A stretch of DNA of 64,000 nt from Parcubacteria group bacterium Greene0416_39 (GTDB taxonomy: Bacteria > Patescibacteriota > Minisyncoccia > Minisyncoccales > UBA10102). Numbering within the stretch: the stretch's first letter is position 1; each line of letters begins with the position of its first letter. The notes beneath the pieces are model-generated. The model was not told the origin of the DNA. It did not search any database and saw only the letters and a program-made list of their open reading frames with translations. The position numbers and the translations under genes are program-made. Positions 30,444 to 37,830 of this stretch are shown piece by piece. Location: contig VMEU01000003.1 of assembly GCA_007375675.1 (NCBI GenBank), positions 8,692 to 72,691 on the forward strand, in the 5' to 3' direction.

Positions 30444-30575
30444 ATGTTCACGACTCTTCAGTGCACGAAATGCCGGGTATACTTTAATGCCAACACCTAT
30501 AATGGACTCCATTGTCCTTGCTGCAGAGGATTGCTCAAAATCGTTACCGTTTTCCTCTGCTGCTGCCACTACTGA
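30444..30575 (+). CDS. 43-aa Cys-rich Zn-ribbon-like microprotein
   Basis: AAGGAG SD; MFTTLQCTKCRVYFNANTYNGLHCPCCRGLLKIVTVFLCCCHY. Confidence 0.5.
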   Translation: MFTTLQCTKCRVYFNANTYNGLHCPCCRGLLKIVTVFLCCCHY

Positions 30576-30733
30576 TTGACCACCACCTAACCACAAGGTT
30601 GCATAAACCATCCAGGGGGAATCTTCTGAGGGTCCGAGCGCCAATCTTCAGGAATTCCCCCCGATCCCTTAAGCCCAAGGCTAGGCCTTGTGCCAATGCC
30701 GTGGGTTTAAGAGATTGGAAGTTCTTTCAAAAG

Positions 30734-30831
30734 TCTTCACAACGGCGAAATGGACATTAGCTAGAAACACTCAAGAATATGACTGATTGGAGTGAAAGAC
30801 AGAGTTAGTGTTCATCTCGCCGCTCTGGAGA
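30734..30831 (+). repeat. long hairpin element A (28-bp stem)
   Basis: Arms nearly identical to those at 32001-32101. Confidence 0.75.
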
Positions 30832-31031
30832 AAATCTGGCGTGAAAGGAGGTGTCGCATGGCAGACCGCGGCATTTGCGACCAATGCGGGAAGGTCCGCA
30901 TATTAATTCACAAAGATGGGAAGGAAAAGTGAAGCAAGAGGAGAGTTGATAAGCGTAAGTTTCTCAATTCTACCCTCGCTTCAGAAATGTTCTTTCTCTG
31001 AAATTTATAGCGAGGAAAGGAGGTGAGGACC

Positions 31032-31307
31032 ATGGGCTTGGACCTAGGTCTCTACCTCAGGAAGGAGGAAGGGAGCTTCTTCGTAGGTTCCACGAACTTA
31101 TCAAGTGGGGGCAAAACCCCCATGCGAGAGTTCACGAACCTCGAGGAGGCCCTAGCGTTTGTGCAGCTTGAGCGAATCAGGCTGCCCTACGAGGACTTTG
31201 ACGTGGCAGGCTTTGCCACGTACAAGAAAGTTCTCCACGCAAGGATCAACTCGGAAGTCAGCGAAGAGCTGGCAGAAGAGTTGTCGGCTGCCCTTGAGAA
31301 CGAGTAG
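31032..31307 (+). CDS. hypothetical protein
   Basis: GAAAGGAGGTG SD. Confidence 0.65.
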   Translation: MGLDLGLYLRKEEGSFFVGSTNLSSGGKTPMREFTNLEEALAFVQLERIRLPYEDFDVAGFATYKKVLHARINSEVSEELAEELSAALENE

Positions 31308-31377
31308 CCGTCCTTTCCAAAGGGGGGAGAGTTACCGGTTCGCAAAAGCATTACGCCAAGCGAATCCTCCCCCCTCT

Positions 31378-31416
31378 CCATCAAAGTTCACAAACATTTG
31401 CGGATTCTGATGGGGG
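31378..31416 (+). repeat. CCATCAAAGTTCA hairpin repeat, copy 1 (diverged)
   Basis: Similar to the identical copies at 31844 and 32952. Confidence 0.8.
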
Positions 31417-31431
31417 AAAATAAATCTGTAA

Positions 31432-31779
31432 GTGGAGAAAGAAACAATGCCCCTAGCAGAACTTTTGGAAAAAAGATACGGCAATAAGTATACGTACCTT
31501 CACATCGGCAGAACATCCAACCTCACGTTTTTGAAGCCAAATAGGTTTCACATACAAGGTCGTCTTCCTACCTTTTGGGTCTTTGTGACAACTGTGGAAT
31601 TCGTCTGCGAGTGGGCGATCTTTATAGGCGAGCTTGGCCCAGCCTACCTCTATGGGATCCGCGAACAAGATCTTCCTCCTAACTACGCGCTCGAGGAAGG
31701 AATCAATGGCTGGGATCGTGGCGATATACGGATTGTCACAGAACACCTAATTCCCGTTACATACCTAAGAGAAGTTTAG
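31432..31779 (+). CDS. hypothetical protein
   Basis: ORF filling the space between repeat copies 1 and 2; start uncertain. Confidence 0.5.
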   Translation: MEKETMPLAELLEKRYGNKYTYLHIGRTSNLTFLKPNRFHIQGRLPTFWVFVTTVEFVCEWAIFIGELGPAYLYGIREQDLPPNYALEEGINGWDRGDIRIVTEHLIPVTYLREV

Positions 31780-31843
31780 TTTTCTCTAAAGGAAGACTTT
31801 ATGGGGCGTGAAGATATGCACTTCAATTACTGCACGCCCCTCT

Positions 31844-31884
31844 CCATCAAAGTTCAAGAAACTATTTCGTGGATTTTGATGGGG
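31844..31884 (+). repeat. 41-bp hairpin repeat, copy 2
   Basis: CCATCAAAGTTCAAGAAACTATTTCGTGGATTTTGATGGGG. Confidence 0.9.
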
Positions 31885-32000
31885 TTAGAATCAAAGTCTT
31901 GATTCTAACGGGCAAATTAGTGAGCTTTAACGAACGTTAAAATTTGCCCTGGGGTTTGCGAAAGCAAACTACCTTACATCCCAGAGCACTTTTACACAAA

Positions 32001-32101
32001 CTTCATAGCGGCGAAATGAACATTAGTTAATTCAGGACCACAAGTTATTGATTCGTTACAGAGATCCAAAGAGAATTAGTGTTCAGCTTGCCGCGGTGGA
32101 G
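32001..32101 (+). repeat. long hairpin element B
   Basis: CTTCATAGCGGCGAAATGAACATTAGTT...AATTAGTGTTCAGCTTGCCGCGGTGGAG. Confidence 0.75.
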
Positions 32102-32212
32102 TGCTTCAAAAGAATTACTGCTTGCGGGGTTTGGGATTGTAGAGGAAAGCCACCGTAATCATTAGTATACCCACGAGAACCCCGACGATTGTAAGAAGAG
32201 TAGTCATGTTAT

Positions 32213-32311
32213 TTATTGTTTAGCATTTTTTGCGATGATAAAAATACCAAGACTTACAAGTCCGATAATAATATATGCAAGAAGAAGTTGATCAGTAATA
32301 GTAAAGTTCAT
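32213..32311 (-). CDS. 32-aa single-TM peptide
   Basis: MNFTITDQLLLAYIIIGLVSLGIFIIAKNAKQ; 4 bp downstream of the previous ORF. Confidence 0.45.
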   Translation of the reverse strand: MNFTITDQLLLAYIIIGLVSLGIFIIAKNAKQ

Positions 32312-32315
32312 ACGA

Positions 32316-32507
32316 TTATTTTTGTAGGTAAATACTTATTACAAGCGTACCCATCGCAACAGTTGCCCCAACCATAAATACAGAAAAGGGAACCGATCCG
32401 ATGGCCGTAGGCACGAAGAACCCAATCACGGTAGAAGCAACTAAGATTTTGGAAATATCAGAGAAATACTTTGAGAGAGCATCAACCTGTTGATTGTTCA
32501 ATATCAT
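32316..32507 (-). CDS. small two-TM hypothetical protein
   Basis: LSKYFSDISK motif; TTGACA/TATACT promoter upstream. Confidence 0.65.
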   Translation of the reverse strand: MILNNQQVDALSKYFSDISKILVASTVIGFFVPTAIGSVPFSVFMVGATVAMGTLVISIYLQK

Positions 32508-32664
32508 GATACTTTGAGTATAGAAGTTTTATATCAATGATGTCAAGCAAATATCTAATCTCTCAAGCTCACCACCGAAGTGATGGGTTTAAGAGATCGT
32601 TCAGATTCTGAAGAATCTTCAGATTCGATGAATTGGACAGCACCTTAAAGTAAGAGGAGGAGTA

Positions 32665-32907
32665 ATGCCAGAAGAAATCGACTTGGATCAAGTTAGTGTT
32701 TCTCCTAATATGCACAGCACATGGGAAGCGATCACCACATCTATGGCAGAACTCTTGCATCGACATGGAATCTTGCTGAGCGAAGTAGACGAGAAGGCAC
32801 GAGTTGAGGGAGACGGAAGCTTGACGATTTTCGCTAAGCTGCCCATGGGAGAGGTTTCGCTTCGCGTACCTCCTAGAGAGTGGGCATATCGCTTTCCCAG
32901 AAATTAA
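32665..32907 (+). CDS. hypothetical protein
   Basis: GAGGAGGAG SD. Confidence 0.65.
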   Translation: MPEEIDLDQVSVSPNMHSTWEAITTSMAELLHRHGILLSEVDEKARVEGDGSLTIFAKLPMGEVSLRVPPREWAYRFPRN

Positions 32908-32951
32908 AGAAGGGTTCCGCTGGAGACCAGAAAGGAGAATCCATCCAGCAC

Positions 32952-32992
32952 CCATCAAAGTTCAAGAAACTATTTCGTGGATTTTGATGGGG
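32952..32992 (+). repeat. 41-bp hairpin repeat, copy 3
   Basis: Identical to 31844-31884; abuts TTGACA upstream of khpA. Confidence 0.9.
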
Positions 32993-33091
32993 CTTGACAC
33001 TTCTCTTGAATCTACGATACGATATTTGCAGAACACCGATAAACAGAATGGCAAAGGTCGAAGCATTGAATTGAACACACGAATTGCATAT

Positions 33092-33397
33092 ATGGCAGAA
33101 GAAACACCAGAATACCAGAATCTTCTAGACTATGTGGTGAAGGCATTGGTAGACCACCCAACAGACGTTGTAGTAGACCGCAGGGTAGACGAAATGGGTG
33201 TTCTCCTTCTCTTGAAAGTGCACCCCGAAGACATGGGCCAAATAATTGGCCGCGAGGGTTCCACTGCAAGAGCAATACGAACCATTATTCGTATTTCAGG
33301 GCTCAAGAACCACGCTCGCGTGAACCTCAAAATTGAGGAGCCCGAGGGCGGAAGAGGCCCAAGAGCAAAAGAACCTCTGGAAGATCTGAAGATTTAA
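33092..33397 (+). CDS. khpA: KH-domain RNA-binding protein KhpA
   Basis: DMGQIIGREGSTARAIR; rpsP-khpA-trmD synteny. Confidence 0.9.
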   Translation: MAEETPEYQNLLDYVVKALVDHPTDVVVDRRVDEMGVLLLLKVHPEDMGQIIGREGSTARAIRTIIRISGLKNHARVNLKIEEPEGGRGPRAKEPLEDLKI

Positions 33398-33460
33398 CTT
33401 TGTAATTGTGAGCGAATTGTGAGCGAAAAAGCGGGGTCTGTCCCCGCTTTTTCGCTACAT

Positions 33461-33691
33461 ATGGAGATCGTCGAGGAGCAGGTCTCGCCGACCTGCACCG
33501 CCTGCCTCCCGGCTGACCAGGCGGGTCCGCCCGCAACCCAGGCCACCTTCCAGTGCCCAAACGGACACTTCAGTTACACCACCAAGTGCGGGATCTGTGG
33601 ACAGGAGTCCGCGGGGCTCTACACCTGGCACGGAGGTCCGTGCCAGTACTGCCCAAAGGAGGAAGGATTAGTGGCTGTAGAAAGCTACTAA
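33461..33691 (+). CDS. Cys-rich hypothetical protein
   Basis: CxxC, CxxxH, CxxC, CxxC pattern; terminator 33745-33780. Confidence 0.5.
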   Translation: MEIVEEQVSPTCTACLPADQAGPPATQATFQCPNGHFSYTTKCGICGQESAGLYTWHGGPCQYCPKEEGLVAVESY

Positions 33692-33792
33692 TTCTCCTGC
33701 TAACCGCCAAATGATCTGGCGGGATATAAAAAAGGTCTATAGAGAAACCCCAGGGCTGCATCGCGCAACCTGGGGTTTTAACTTTGGCAACT

Positions 33793-34146
33793 TCAGGACA
33801 GGTCAACGCCGAGCTTGTCGCGGATCACTGTTTTGAGACGGTTGAGGTCATGTTTCATAATGGTGAATTCATCTTCCATGTCGGTCATACGCTTAAGGAA
33901 TTTATCAAGAGTTGTGATAAGACGATCCATTTTCTGATTAAAACGCTCCTCCAGCTGTCCCATTCTTCGATCGAGCATTTCTACTTTTGAATCAACGAGT
34001 TCAATGCGTTTTTCAAGCAAAAGAAACTTTCCGTCTTGTCGTGTAAACTTCTCATCAACCGCATCCAGAATGGTACGCGTTTGACCATCTAAGAGTTTCT
34101 CGATGTGTGCCACTGTAGGCACTTGGACAGCTTGTTTTTTTAACAT
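33793..34146 (-). CDS. coiled-coil hypothetical protein
   Basis: Heptad-rich ORF. Confidence 0.7.
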   Translation of the reverse strand: MLKKQAVQVPTVAHIEKLLDGQTRTILDAVDEKFTRQDGKFLLLEKRIELVDSKVEMLDRRMGQLEERFNQKMDRLITTLDKFLKRMTDMEDEFTIMKHDLNRLKTVIRDKLGVDLS

Positions 34147-34191
34147 AGATTCATTGTAAGTCTTCAGGAGGAGGAAAGAGTACCTTAAACT

Positions 34192-34512
34192 TTAGACAAC
34201 TGGATGAAGCTTTGTTTCGAGGTTGCCGACGCGGTGTTTAACCGCAGCAAATTCATCACGATCCACTTTGTCCTTAAGGCCGTGTTTGATAGTTTGCACT
34301 GTAACCTTGATTACTTCAACGTCATCTCTAAGCGCATCAACTTTTTCGGGCAATTCTTCAAGCCGATCCAAACGCTGGTTGGCGACTTCTACTCCCTCCA
34401 ACACTTGTTTTACGTCTGACTGAACAGCCTCAACCGTGACTCCGACTTCCCTGATATCTTTCCGCAAACCTTCAGTGGCTTCTTCGATAATTTTCTTGAT
34501 GTCGTCTGCCAT
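34192..34512 (-). CDS. coiled-coil hypothetical protein
   Basis: Heptad-rich, KVDRDEF motif; TATAAT just before ATG. Confidence 0.7.
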   Translation of the reverse strand: MADDIKKIIEEATEGLRKDIREVGVTVEAVQSDVKQVLEGVEVANQRLDRLEELPEKVDALRDDVEVIKVTVQTIKHGLKDKVDRDEFAAVKHRVGNLETKLHPVV

Positions 34513-34650
34513 ATAGTTCATTATAGAAGCCGTATCTATGATGTCAATGTCTCCATCGAAGTCTGAAAAAAGATTCCGCAAGGATCCTGGAATTGAAAAT
34601 TTACGAGAGATAATGCTACAATGCAGCGGAAACGCTGTTTTCTGTTTACT

Positions 34651-35364
34651 ATGATAACCTTTGACGTCATCACAATCTTTCCAGAACTTGTTGAGGCCTT
34701 TGGGAAAGAGTCGTTGTTAAAACGCGCGCAAAAAAAGAAGTTACTGAAAATCCAAGCCCACGATCTCAGGAAATGGGCAAAAGATAAACACAAGACTGTG
34801 GACGATAAGCCTTTCGGCGGAGGATTGGGAATGGTTTTGCGAATTGAACCGATATACAAAGCGGTCACCGCTTTGAAATCCGAAGCACGAAATTCGAAAT
34901 CCGAAACAAATTCGAAATTCAAAAGCTCACAATCTAAAACGATACTATTCACTCCTCGGGGAAAAAAGTTCACGCAGAAAATGGCGTATGAGTTTTCAAA
35001 GTTCAACCAGCTCATTTTTATCTGCGGAAGATATGAGGGAGTAGACGAAAGAGTGGCAAAGCACATTGCAGACGAGGAGCTTTCAATTGGAGACTATGTT
35101 CTTATGGGAGGGGAGATCCCTGCAATGACGGTTATTGAGGCTGTAGCCCGCCTTATTCCAGGAGTGGTAGGCAAGCCAGCCTTCCTCAAAGAAAGGCTCA
35201 TAAAGGGCTCTGGGGGGCCTAAAAACGGGTTTATAGAGTATCCCCAGTATACCCGCCCTGAAACGTTTAAAGAGTGGAGGGTGCCAAGAGTTCTGGTTTC
35301 TGGAAACCATCAAAAAATAGGGGAGTGGAAAGCAAAACATGGACAAATTGTTGGCAAACAGTAA
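34651..35364 (+). CDS. trmD: tRNA (guanine37-N1)-methyltransferase
   Basis: VDDKPFGGG.GMV, CGRYEGVDER, SIGDYVL.GGE, YPQYTRP. Confidence 0.97.
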   Translation: MITFDVITIFPELVEAFGKESLLKRAQKKKLLKIQAHDLRKWAKDKHKTVDDKPFGGGLGMVLRIEPIYKAVTALKSEARNSKSETNSKFKSSQSKTILFTPRGKKFTQKMAYEFSKFNQLIFICGRYEGVDERVAKHIADEELSIGDYVLMGGEIPAMTVIEAVARLIPGVVGKPAFLKERLIKGSGGPKNGFIEYPQYTRPETFKEWRVPRVLVSGNHQKIGEWKAKHGQIVGKQ

Positions 35365-35389
35365 AATCTATGCTACATATTTATGATAG

Positions 35390-35471
35390 GGGCGGTTCGT
35401 ATAGCGGCAATTACGCCACGCTGTAGACGTGGTGCCTTCGGGCTTCAGGGGTTCGAGTCCTCTACCGCCCA
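35390..35471 (+). tRNA. tRNA-Tyr(GTA)
   Basis: CCACG-CTGTAGA-CGTGG, long variable arm. Confidence 0.92.
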
Positions 35472-35489
35472 CAGTCGGGGTGATTTGAT

Positions 35490-35560
35490 GCCGAGGTAGC
35501 TCAATGGTAGAGCACGTCATTGGTAATGACGCGACAAGAGTTCAATTCTCTTTCTCGGCT
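35490..35560 (+). tRNA. tRNA-Thr(GGT)
   Basis: CGTCA-TTGGTAA-TGACG. Confidence 0.92.
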
Positions 35561-35571
35561 CATAATCAATA

Positions 35572-35650
35572 ATAATGCAAATTTACGTATGACTACGAAT
35601 GCCGCAAATAATATTTGTACATTCGCATATCATTTGTAGATTGGCATCAT
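35572..35650. repeat. ~80-bp palindromic element, copy 5
   Basis: ATAATGCAAAT...ATTGGCATCAT. Confidence 0.8.
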
Positions 35651-35656
35651 AATTGT

Positions 35657-35833
35657 ATGGCAACAAAAAGAAAAGCGTATACAAGATTGCAGTGCACGGT
35701 GTGCAAGAATCTAAACTATTCCGCGCACAAGTCCAAGATGTCGAAGATGAAAGAAGGAGAAGGCAAATTGGCATTTAAAAAGTTCTGCAGGCACTGCAGA
35801 AAGCATACAAGCCACAAGGAGACAAAGAAGTAA
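35657..35833 (+). CDS. rpmG: 50S ribosomal protein L33
   Basis: LQCTVC..NY, KKFCRHCRKHT.HKE. Confidence 0.95.
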   Translation: MATKRKAYTRLQCTVCKNLNYSAHKSKMSKMKEGEGKLAFKKFCRHCRKHTSHKETKK

Positions 35834-35887
35834 GATCAAAAGGAATGTGTGAGGAATGTGTGAAGACCAGCTTCACACATTCAAGTT

Positions 35888-35961
35888 AGGGGTGTGGTGA
35901 AGTGGTATCACGAAGGTCTCCAAAACCTTCGTCGGAGGTTCGATTCCTCCCGCCCCTGCCA
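35888..35961 (+). tRNA. tRNA-Trp(CCA)
   Basis: AAGGT-CTCCAAA-ACCTT, encoded CCA. Confidence 0.93.
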
Positions 35962-36092
35962 GGCACCATACGGCACCTGGCCAGATGCAAGACTGTATCT
36001 GGCCAGGCACAATTCTGCGCCTGGCTACGCCAATTGGCTTAGCCAGAAGCAGAATTGGGACTGTGGGAGGTGCCGACTGGTACCTCCCCAGT
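35959..36092. repeat. REP-like palindrome cluster (left)
   Basis: CCAGGCACCATACGGCACCTGG, GGCCAGATGCAAGACTGTATCTGGCC, GGGAGGTGCCGACTGGTACCTCCC. Confidence 0.8.
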
Positions 36093-36112
36093 TTTTAGTT
36101 GATAATAAGGGA

Positions 36113-36373
36113 ATGAAATTCTACTACGTTTACGTTCTACGTAATAAACTTAAGAATTTTACTTATATTGGATACTCCGAGAATCTTCAGCAAAGGTTCC
36201 GCGAACATAATGAAGGTAAATCGAAATCTACAAAACATTACGTTCCTCTAGAACTTATTCACTATGAAGCATACAGAAACAGTAGAGACGCAAAGCGGCG
36301 AGAGGAGTATCTCAAAACAAATCGCGGCAGAACAACTTTGATGACAATGCTTAAGGAGTATTTTGCCAATTAA
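36113..36373 (+). CDS. GIY-YIG nuclease (small stand-alone, UPF0213-like)
   Basis: YYVYVL..YIGYSENL.QR..EHN.G...ST, A.RRE.YLK. Confidence 0.93.
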   Translation: MKFYYVYVLRNKLKNFTYIGYSENLQQRFREHNEGKSKSTKHYVPLELIHYEAYRNSRDAKRREEYLKTNRGRTTLMTMLKEYFAN

Positions 36374-36481
36374 AGAATCGCCAACAAGGCGAGTTTTTGA
36401 CAGGGATCTTGCAATTACGCAGGATTTTTGCTATCATAGTCCGGTGGGAGAGCAAAATTAGAGAAAGGAGGATCTAGTTCA

Positions 36482-36688
36482 ATGGGGGCAATTCTTCAGC
36501 CAGGTGATATTGTCGCCTCGCACATAACAATCCGGAATGGTCGCAATGGCAATGTAATTCGGGCAGGCACTTATGGTATCGTTGTCGACAGGCTGTCGCA
36601 GAAGATCGCAGTGCAATTCGAAAAGGGCGATAACGAGACCACCGAACCCCTCCTCTGTTTGCGTTCAAACCTCCGCCTTCTGTCCTAA
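36482..36688 (+). CDS. small SH3/KOW-like hypothetical protein
   Basis: GAAAGGAGG SD; LQPGD.V, AGTYGIV, AVQF. Confidence 0.6.
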   Translation: MGAILQPGDIVASHITIRNGRNGNVIRAGTYGIVVDRLSQKIAVQFEKGDNETTEPLLCLRSNLRLLS

Positions 36689-36763
36689 CCTATCCTAGTT
36701 CATAGGGTCTGGCACCGTACCCGACAACGGTGCTTTTTTATTCCACGTCTTTTCGGCAAAATA

Positions 36764-36924
36764 GAAAACGCCCTTCGACTTCGCTCAGGGCGTTTTCTTT
36801 CAATGAAATAAGGCGCAGCCAGGCACCATACGGCGCCTGGTCGGGTACAGAATTGTACCCGAAACTGTGCCTTACACAAGGTACCAGTCGGCACCTTGTA
36901 GTAGGGCACCGACTGGTGCCCTAC
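36764..36924. repeat. REP-like palindrome cluster (right)
   Basis: CCCTTCGACTTCGCTCAGGG, CCAGGCACCATACGGCGCCTGG, TCGGGTACAGAATTGTACCCGA, GTAGGGCACCGACTGGTGCCCTAC. Confidence 0.85.
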
Positions 36925-37241
36925 ACCATGTTGGAACCTGGAAGCGGCAAGCCGAGCTTTCCAAGGTTGCGCAAAATGGATCCTGCCAGGGCTACAACCA
37001 CAAGTATAAAGGCAACCGGCGCAAGGAAGGAAAGGGAAGGTTGAGCAGCAGCAGCCATTTGGACCACTGCAAATCCCAAAACATACCCTACCACCATTTT
37101 CTTCATAAAGTCTGCGGCTCTGCTCAAACGGAAGTCCTTTTTCATAAGCGCTCCAAGAACGCCGAGAATCACGTCAACTCCAACAAGAATCAAGATAATC
37201 TGTACTTGGGAGCTTGCAAAAAGTTCAGAAGATAGCGGCAT
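36921..37241 (-). CDS. small holin-like membrane protein
   Basis: 3 TMs, DVILGV.GA, SILRNLGKLG. Confidence 0.65.
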   Translation of the reverse strand: MPLSSELFASSQVQIILILVGVDVILGVLGALMKKDFRLSRAADFMKKMVVGYVLGFAVVQMAAAAQPSLSFLAPVAFILVVVALAGSILRNLGKLGLPLPGSNMV

Positions 37242-37361
37242 TTGAAAGTATGATATAGTAAAGAAGTTATAAAAGAATGAATCTCCGACCTTTCAACCAG
37301 TATACCAAGAGCAAGCAAGAGAGGGAAGGAAGTTATCCACACCCCAAAATCACCCCGCCTT

Positions 37362-37829
37362 ATGCTTAAAATTTTTACCTATCCATTGCCAATACTGCAA
37401 TCCCGCGCACAAGAGATTGAACGTATTGACGAGGAAACTCTATCGTTGATTCTGCAAATGAAACAAACCATGGATGCAAACAATGGAATTGGCCTTGCCG
37501 CTCCTCAAATTGGGGTTTCAAAACGCATTATTATTGTGAAAGACAAGAAGGAAAACCACGCATTTTTGAACCCCCAGATTCTCAAACAAAGCAGGAAAAA
37601 AGAAGAAGACGAAGAAGGATGTTTGAGTCTCCCCGGACTTTTTATGCAAGTAAAAAGAGCCAAACGGGTTGAAGTGCTTGCTTTAACGCCAGAAGGCAAA
37701 GAGGTAAAGATAGAAGCTGAAGGGTTGACGAGCCGCATTTTTCAGCACGAGATTGACCACCTCAATGGAAAACTCATTATTCATCGCGTAAGCTTATGGA
37801 CTCGATTGTTAAGGCATTTCAAAAAGTGA
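37362..37829 (+). CDS. def: peptide deformylase
   Basis: GIGLAAPQIG, EGCLS, QHEIDHL. Confidence 0.97.
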   Translation: MLKIFTYPLPILQSRAQEIERIDEETLSLILQMKQTMDANNGIGLAAPQIGVSKRIIIVKDKKENHAFLNPQILKQSRKKEEDEEGCLSLPGLFMQVKRAKRVEVLALTPEGKEVKIEAEGLTSRIFQHEIDHLNGKLIIHRVSLWTRLLRHFKK

Positions 37830-37830
37830 A

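Noticed and set aside
29600..33000. CRISPR or TIGR-like guide array
   Set aside because: Repeats are few, hundreds of bp apart and separated by ORFs; no regular spacers and no cas or Nop-domain gene in the window
35894..36112. N-terminal extension of the GIY-YIG ORF (159 aa in track)
   Set aside because: Overlaps tRNA-Trp and the palindrome cluster; the domain begins at ATG 36113
36730..37235. Plus-strand ORFs 36730-37044 and 36867-37235
   Set aside because: Translations of palindromic repeats and antisense to the membrane-protein gene
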